Shown here: one piece after another, positions 58,797-64,000 of the stretch
Layout: each line of letters begins with the position of its first letter
Position numbering within the stretch: position 1 is the stretch's first letter
Origin: an uncultured Acidobacteriota bacterium
Lineage (GTDB): Bacteria; Acidobacteriota; UBA6911
Assembly: GCA_963827655.1 (NCBI GenBank)
Contig: CAWHCF010000049.1
Coordinates: 365,824-429,823, forward strand
Length of the DNA: 64,000 bases
Reading direction: 5' to 3'
The notes under the pieces: model-generated
Seen by the model: the letters and a program-made list of their open reading frames with translations, nothing else
Told to the model about the DNA's origin: nothing
The model's database searches: none
Program-made: the position numbers and the translations under genes

Positions 58797-61154
58797 ATGC
58801 TTCGAATTCTACCGCTTCTTTTCCTTGTTTCCGCGGCGCTCGCCCAGACACCCGATCGCGCGCCGGCTTCCGACGAGTGGGGATACCGGCCGCTCGACGG
58901 TTCGATGGTCTCGCTGAACCCGCCTTCTTTGACCTGGGTACACGAACCCGAGAGCGCTTCGTACGTTCTCGAATGGTCACAGGACGCTGATTTCAAGGAC
59001 GTCGCGACCGTGAAAGACCTGCCCTGGAGCGTCTACACGTACAACCAGCCGTTGTCAGCCGGAACGTATCACTGGCGCTACCGGATTATCAGGCGAAATG
59101 GCGACCCGTCACCGTGGAGCCGCATCCGGCGATTCACGGTGCCGGCTGACGCAGTGGTTTTTCCGCAGCCGAGCATGGATGAATTGCGCCGCAGGATTCC
59201 CAGCCAGCACCCGCGCGTATTCGTCACCCAGGGAGACCTTGTGCGCCTTCGGACGTGGGCGGAAGGCGAGGGCCAGCAAGCCTTCCAGAAGCTCCTGCGA
59301 AGGGCGGACGAACTGCTCGTCAGCGAGCCGACAGCCGAACCTTCCGTACGCGCCAGCGCGTCCGATCCGGCGACCAACCAGTTCTGGTGGTCCAATCGTC
59401 TCCAGGCGATCCGGGCTGCCCAGGAGGCCGAGGTCCTGTCATTCGTTTACCTTCTGACTGGAAACGAAAAATACAAGGCGCCAACCCGGCGCCGGATTCT
59501 TGGTCTGGCCTCATGGGATCCTGATGGGCCGACCAACTGGAAGGTGAACTGCGAAGCCGCGAAACCCATGCTCCATCGCCTTGCGCGCGTCTATGACTGG
59601 GGATACGCAACACTCAGCGATGAGGAACGCCGGAGGGTGCAGGCGGTTCTGCTACGGCGGGCGATGGATGCGTGGAACAGCGGTGAAGTGAGACAGGGCG
59701 CCGGTCACCTGAACCAGCCCTACAACAGCCACGGCAACCGTACCTGGCACAAGCTCGCTGAAAACGCGCTCGCCACTTTCGGCGAAACGCCCGAGTCCGA
59801 GAAGTTTTTGCACTATGCGGTCTCGAAGTTTTTCGCCGCATACCCCGTTTGGGCCGATGACGATGGCGGCTGGCACGAAGGCCTCAACTATTGGGCGGGC
59901 TACATGGCCAAGGCTACGTGGTGGTTGTCGCTGGCTAAAACAACGCTTGGTATCGACGGCTTCAAGAAACCATTCTTTACCCATTTCGCGGATTACGCGC
60001 TGTACACGGCTCCGCCGGGCTCGCCGAACATGGGCCTCGGTGACCTCGCCTACCGACCGCCTTCCCCTTCCTGGTCATTCCTCTATTACGTGATTCGCGA
60101 GACCCGGCAACCGTCTTGGGCCTGGTGGGCCGGGCAATGGAAGATCCAGACCGAGCCGGATGAACCGGTGCTTGCCTTCCTGTGGGGCGCCGCGCCGCCG
60201 GTCGAGCCTCGGACTCCCGCGGACCTGCCTTCGTCCAAGGTCTTTAGCGGCATCGGCGTCGCCATCTTGAACAGCACGCTCATCGACGCCGCTACCAATG
60301 TGCAGGTCCGCTTCAAGTCGAGTCCGTTTGGCAGCCGCAGCCATGGACTGGACCCCCAGAATTCTTTCACCTTCACAGCCTACGGAGAACCGCTCCTTGT
60401 CAACAATACGTATCGCGATTTGTACGGAAGTCCGTTTCATAAGGGTTGGTGCTGGACCACCAGGGCTCATAATGCCGTGCTGGTGAATGGCGAGGGTCAA
60501 AAGTCCCGTTCGCCGGATCCGGCGGGCCGCATCGTTTCATGGAGTTTTCAGGACGGCCTGGACCACGTGGCAGGCGATGGAACCGCCTCTTATGAAGGCA
60601 GGCTAAAGCGCGCCGTGCGGCATGTTCTCTTCGTCAAGCCTGATCTGGCCATCATCGTTGACGATCTGGAAGCGCCACGGCCGAGCACGTTTCAGTGGAT
60701 GCTGCACGGACTCAACCCCTTCAAGATTGATGAACAGGCCGCGCGTCTGGAGCGAAACAACGCCAGCGTTCTGGTTGACTACGTCAGTTCCCAACCGCTC
60801 AGTCTCCGTCAGTGGACTGGTTACGACCCGCCGCCTGACGCGCGGTACCTCGCCTCCATCAATCACCCGGGAATTCCGGAACAGTGGCACCTGGAAGCCG
60901 CCACATCTTCGCCTGCCGAACGCAGTTTCACCCTGACTGTGCTCCGTCCTTTTCGCCGCGATCAACCTCCGGCATCGAAAATCAAAGTGGAACAGAACGA
61001 CACGGCAGTTCTGCTGCGGGTTCATGGTGATTCCGAAACTACGGTCGCGTTGCGCAAACCCGGCGCCGCAAAAGCGCTGATCGGCAGTCTGTCATTTAGT
61101 GATTTCGCCCTCGTGCGCAAGGCCGCTCGGGAGTGGAGGGTGAAAGCGGAGTAG
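58797..61154 (+). CDS. Heparinase II/III-like polysaccharide lyase family protein (alginate-lyase-like N-domain + Hepar_II_III C-domain), secreted
   Basis: SD aagggagg + ATG 58797 (MLRILPLLFLVSAALA signal peptide). Large alpha/alpha toroid + beta-sandwich pattern with W-rich motifs (…WHEGLNYWAGYMAKATWW…HGLDPQNSFTFTAYGEPLLVN…). Confidence 0.7.
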   Translation: MLRILPLLFLVSAALAQTPDRAPASDEWGYRPLDGSMVSLNPPSLTWVHEPESASYVLEWSQDADFKDVATVKDLPWSVYTYNQPLSAGTYHWRYRIIRRNGDPSPWSRIRRFTVPADAVVFPQPSMDELRRRIPSQHPRVFVTQGDLVRLRTWAEGEGQQAFQKLLRRADELLVSEPTAEPSVRASASDPATNQFWWSNRLQAIRAAQEAEVLSFVYLLTGNEKYKAPTRRRILGLASWDPDGPTNWKVNCEAAKPMLHRLARVYDWGYATLSDEERRRVQAVLLRRAMDAWNSGEVRQGAGHLNQPYNSHGNRTWHKLAENALATFGETPESEKFLHYAVSKFFAAYPVWADDDGGWHEGLNYWAGYMAKATWWLSLAKTTLGIDGFKKPFFTHFADYALYTAPPGSPNMGLGDLAYRPPSPSWSFLYYVIRETRQPSWAWWAGQWKIQTEPDEPVLAFLWGAAPPVEPRTPADLPSSKVFSGIGVAILNSTLIDAATNVQVRFKSSPFGSRSHGLDPQNSFTFTAYGEPLLVNNTYRDLYGSPFHKGWCWTTRAHNAVLVNGEGQKSRSPDPAGRIVSWSFQDGLDHVAGDGTASYEGRLKRAVRHVLFVKPDLAIIVDDLEAPRPSTFQWMLHGLNPFKIDEQAARLERNNASVLVDYVSSQPLSLRQWTGYDPPPDARYLASINHPGIPEQWHLEAATSSPAERSFTLTVLRPFRRDQPPASKIKVEQNDTAVLLRVHGDSETTVALRKPGAAKALIGSLSFSDFALVRKAAREWRVKAE

Positions 61155-61155
61155 C

Positions 61156-61205
61156 GCTGCGAAACAAATACCACCAGGATCCAAAGACACGCTAGCGCTT
61201 CTTCC
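61156..61205. repeat. REP-like extragenic repeat (gcgaaacaaataccaccaggatccaaagacacgctagcgcttcttcc)
   Basis: Directly after the heparinase-like stop; ~80% identical to 30411-30461. Confidence 0.55.
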
Positions 61206-61376
61206 GGTGCACCAACGACCCGGTTGCCGGCGCCAGGCCGAAATTCGTTTGTTCCGTGGCCGCCCGCGTGATAGAAACGGTTATCCTCGGCGAAGGCAGG
61301 AGAGAAATCAAACGTTGCAGGGCAACTATTGATGAATTGTCAGCCGCGGCACCGGTTACGGGGAGGCAGCCGTTGT

Positions 61377-63062
61377 ATGGTCCTGCCCGTCATGCGAGGA
61401 TTGTTGCCGCTGATCCCTATTCTCACGCTCCTTGCCTGGGCGGATCTTCCATCGCGCAGGCCTTTTCCGGGACAAACGCGCGTCAAGCTGGCGATTCGCA
61501 CGCCGCAAGGAAAACCCACGGGCTTGCGTTTGCGCGTGACCGACGCCTCGGGAGCCTACTTCGCGCCTCTCGGTCACGCTTCGATCGCAGAAAGCCGCCG
61601 GTCCGCCGGCGACGTACTTTTCGGCGACGGCAAGACCTCGCCTTTCGAGCTAGCCGCCCTGGTCTACGACGGCGCACAAATCGATCTTCCGCCCGGATCG
61701 TATAAATTTGCCGCCCGCAAGGGCTTCGAGTACGAGCCCGTCGACATGCAGGTCTCGATCGGGACGGCGCCGGAGCAGACGGTGACGCTTCCCTTGCGGA
61801 AGTTCGCCGATTTCGAGGCGCAAGGCTGGTACCCGGGCGACACGCACATGCACTTTCCCGATCCATCCGGCATCCGCTACGAGATGGAGTGCGAGGGCCT
61901 GCGGGTTTGCAGCCTCCTCATTTATAAGAACGGCTACGCCCGCCCGCCTCGCCCCGGCGAGGGGGTGTTCCTGAACGTCGAGCACTTCACCGGCAAGTTG
62001 TCCCCCGTCTCGGACGCGGAGCATTTCGTGAAGGTGGGCGAAGAGTTTCGCAATGGCCTGTTGGCCCACCTCATCTTCCAGAACCTGAAGCAGATCGTCT
62101 GGCCGGTGTCGACCGGCGGCCTGCGTGAGAGCGGCACCGGAGGTTACGACTGGCCCTTGATGCTGGGCGCGTCCGACGACGCCCGCGCGCAGCGCGCGCT
62201 CGTCACCTGGGCGCACTGGCCCTACCCCAGCATGGAGGCGCCGCTAGACATCGCGCTCGGGCGCATCGACTCGCTGGACATCCTCACGACCGGCAATCCG
62301 TTCGAGCACCATCCCGAACTGGTCCAGATTTATAAGATGCACGGACCGAAAGCCTACAGCACGCCGCCCATCGAGATGTACTACCACTACCTCAACTGCG
62401 GCTTCCGCCTGGCCGTGTCGTCGGGTTCGGACAAGATGGCCCAGAACCCGCCCATGGGCAGCGCTCGGGTTTACGTCAAGACCAAGGGACGCCTCGACTA
62501 CGATTCGTGGATCGAGGGCATCAGGGAGGGACGGACCTTCATCAGCAACTACCCCCTGCTCGAGATGTCCGTCGACGGAAAAATCGCCGGGGACACGCTG
62601 CGCCTTTCGCCGGGCAAGGCCAAGTTGCACGTACGCGCCCGCGCCCGCTCGATCGAGCCCTACGAGGTGCTGGAGATCATCGTCAACGGTGCCGTGGTGG
62701 CGAAGTCCACGCCCGGGGGCCCCGGCACCCGATACGAAGCGGCTCTCGATCAGGTGATCGAAGTCGAACGCGGCGGCTGGATCGCGGCGCGGGCGCATGG
62801 ACCGATGATGCTGCCTTACGGGGCCACCTGGTGGCAGATGCCGGTCTTCGCCCACACCTCGCCGATCTACCTCGACATGCCGGGTCGTCCGGCGATTGCG
62901 GAGAAATCGGCCGAGATTCTCCTCGAACAGCTGGGATATCTCGAGCGCTGGGCCAAGGAGAAGGCCAACTTTCCCACCGCCGATGCCCGCGCCCAGGCGC
63001 TCGACTACATCGCCCAGGCCACGAAGGTATACGAGGACGCGAAGGCCGGCTCGGGGAAGTAG
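61377..63062 (+). CDS. CehA/McbA-family metallohydrolase (PHP-like) with signal peptide
   Basis: MVLPVMRGLLPLIPILTLLAWA. Metal motif GWYPGDTHMHF. ~560 aa, typical of the family. Confidence 0.75.
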   Translation: MVLPVMRGLLPLIPILTLLAWADLPSRRPFPGQTRVKLAIRTPQGKPTGLRLRVTDASGAYFAPLGHASIAESRRSAGDVLFGDGKTSPFELAALVYDGAQIDLPPGSYKFAARKGFEYEPVDMQVSIGTAPEQTVTLPLRKFADFEAQGWYPGDTHMHFPDPSGIRYEMECEGLRVCSLLIYKNGYARPPRPGEGVFLNVEHFTGKLSPVSDAEHFVKVGEEFRNGLLAHLIFQNLKQIVWPVSTGGLRESGTGGYDWPLMLGASDDARAQRALVTWAHWPYPSMEAPLDIALGRIDSLDILTTGNPFEHHPELVQIYKMHGPKAYSTPPIEMYYHYLNCGFRLAVSSGSDKMAQNPPMGSARVYVKTKGRLDYDSWIEGIREGRTFISNYPLLEMSVDGKIAGDTLRLSPGKAKLHVRARARSIEPYEVLEIIVNGAVVAKSTPGGPGTRYEAALDQVIEVERGGWIAARAHGPMMLPYGATWWQMPVFAHTSPIYLDMPGRPAIAEKSAEILLEQLGYLERWAKEKANFPTADARAQALDYIAQATKVYEDAKAGSGK

Positions 63063-63692
63063 CTCACGGCCCCCTCCACCTCCACAAGCACGAGACCGCT
63101 TCAGTCAGAAAGGCCGATGATCACCTCTGCCGTGGCCTTCTAGGCGGCGCGAACGAGTACTACCACCTCGTGGTCAATTCCCGACCAGTTGCGGCACGAG
63201 GAACTTGCCGGCCGCCCGCTGCCACCGCGACCAAGACTCTCATCGCGGCGGCTCCGCCAGGGGGCGGTCTGTCGCCAGCACGGGTGAAGCGGACGCCGGA
63301 TGTTCATAGCAGCGGCCTGACTTCCTCGAATCGATCCGCCGACCTGCGCCCAAACAGGACGGTCTCCATGCCGCGGCATGTAGATCGCTCGCCTTGCTGA
63401 CTTCACTACGGTATCCGGAGCTGTGCGTGCTCAGAGCCTCAAGACGTCTAGATGTCACTTCGTCTGCCTTGCCGAATGGACCGGCGGCAGGGCAAGAAAC
63501 GTGTTGTTCGTTCCTCAGTTTCGGTTAAACTTGGTATTGCGCTGACAGACGCAGCGACAACCGACCGAGCCACTGGCGTGGCGCATGTAAGTCCGGGACT
63601 TGATCAACTGCTGACAGGTACCAGGCAATGACGAGCGACCTTTTCACTCCATCATTTCCGCACCTATCAGCTTGCCTCCAATGAGGTGAGCC

Positions 63693-64000
63693 ATGAACGT
63701 CTCTATTTTTCTTACTGCCAAGATCGAGGGCAGAAAGCTCTCGCTGGTTACCTGCTACGATTACACCTTTGCCCGGCTGCTGTCGAAGAGCTCCGTTGAT
63801 GCGATCCTTGTCGGTGACAGCGCGGCTATGGTGATGCACGGACATCCCTCGACTCTTCAGGCGACTCTGGAGATCATGCGCCTCCACACCGAGGCGGTTG
63901 TGCGCGGGGCTGGAAAAAAATGTGTTATCGCCGATATGCCGTTTCTGACATTCCGGAAAGGAGTTCCGGCTGCCCTTGAAGTTGCGCAAGCGCTCATGAG
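63693..64000 (+). CDS. panB: 3-methyl-2-oxobutanoate hydroxymethyltransferase, 5' partial (runs off window end)
   Basis: Absent from the ORF track (no stop). ATG 63693: MNVSIFLTAKIEGRKLSLVTCYDYTFARLLSKSSVDAILVGDSAAMVMHGHPSTLQATLEIMRLHTEAVVRGAGKKCVIADMPFLTF… is the canonical PanB N-terminus. Confidence 0.85.
   Translation, partial: MNVSIFLTAKIEGRKLSLVTCYDYTFARLLSKSSVDAILVGDSAAMVMHGHPSTLQATLEIMRLHTEAVVRGAGKKCVIADMPFLTFRKGVPAALEVAQALM

Noticed and set aside
63095-63140. Hairpin aaggcc-N17-ggcctt after the CehA/McbA-family gene as a terminator
   Set aside because: Stem is short and is not followed by a U-tract. Too weak to call a terminator.

Overview
This is a GC-rich (~60-65%) bacterial chromosomal segment; the protein families present suggest an Acidobacteriota-like soil organism, which is an inference. 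Most of the window is densely coding, with no rRNA, tRNA or CRISPR found. Two things stand out.

First, a compositionally distinct two-gene module on the minus strand (20278-22963, ~50% GC) sits convergent with a 1023-aa plus-strand gene (16868-20030). The three proteins are a TIR-domain protein with two nucleoside-2-deoxyribosyltransferase-like (NDT-like) domains, an NDT-like plus TPR protein resembling DUF4071 (the ASK1 'TRAFs-binding' region), and a patatin-like phospholipase with a four-helix membrane anchor whose N-terminal ~400 aa are homologous to the partner's TPR region. This is a candidate, apparently undescribed, TIR/NDT-signalling plus membrane-phospholipase conflict (anti-phage-type) system.

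Second, there is a candidate polymorphic-toxin/immunity locus at 55369-58068: a DUF4157-like leader, a pre-toxin TG-like segment, helical repeats, a C-terminal toxin-like domain, and a tightly coupled acidic downstream gene.

The window is also unusually rich in short extragenic repeats: a REP-like 'ACCACGAAGACACGAAGAAAC' family with at least 11 copies, mostly at gene 3' ends and often as inverted pairs; a GCAAGCTTGC palindrome family; a ~75-bp hairpin-rich dispersed repeat with two copies; and a 241-bp MITE-like element.

Many genes read as interrupted by frameshifts. These include a Ser/Thr kinase-TPR gene (5 shifts), a DUF1111 di-heme protein (4), a TonB-dependent receptor (4), a ~1100-aa glycoside hydrolase (2), a flotillin and a DUF1080 protein (1 each), plus the N-termini of the TIR and patatin genes. 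Either the assembly carries indel errors or the genome is decaying. Pseudogene calls are hedged accordingly.

Housekeeping and metabolic genes present include the four sarcosine oxidase subunits (soxD, soxA, soxG, soxB), acyP, apt, rsgA and a partial panB. Also present are a secreted S8 peptidase, ENPP-type phosphodiesterase, purple acid phosphatase, Gfo/Idh/MocA oxidoreductase, enolase-superfamily enzyme, CotH kinase, heparinase II/III-like protein and CehA/McbA-family hydrolase.
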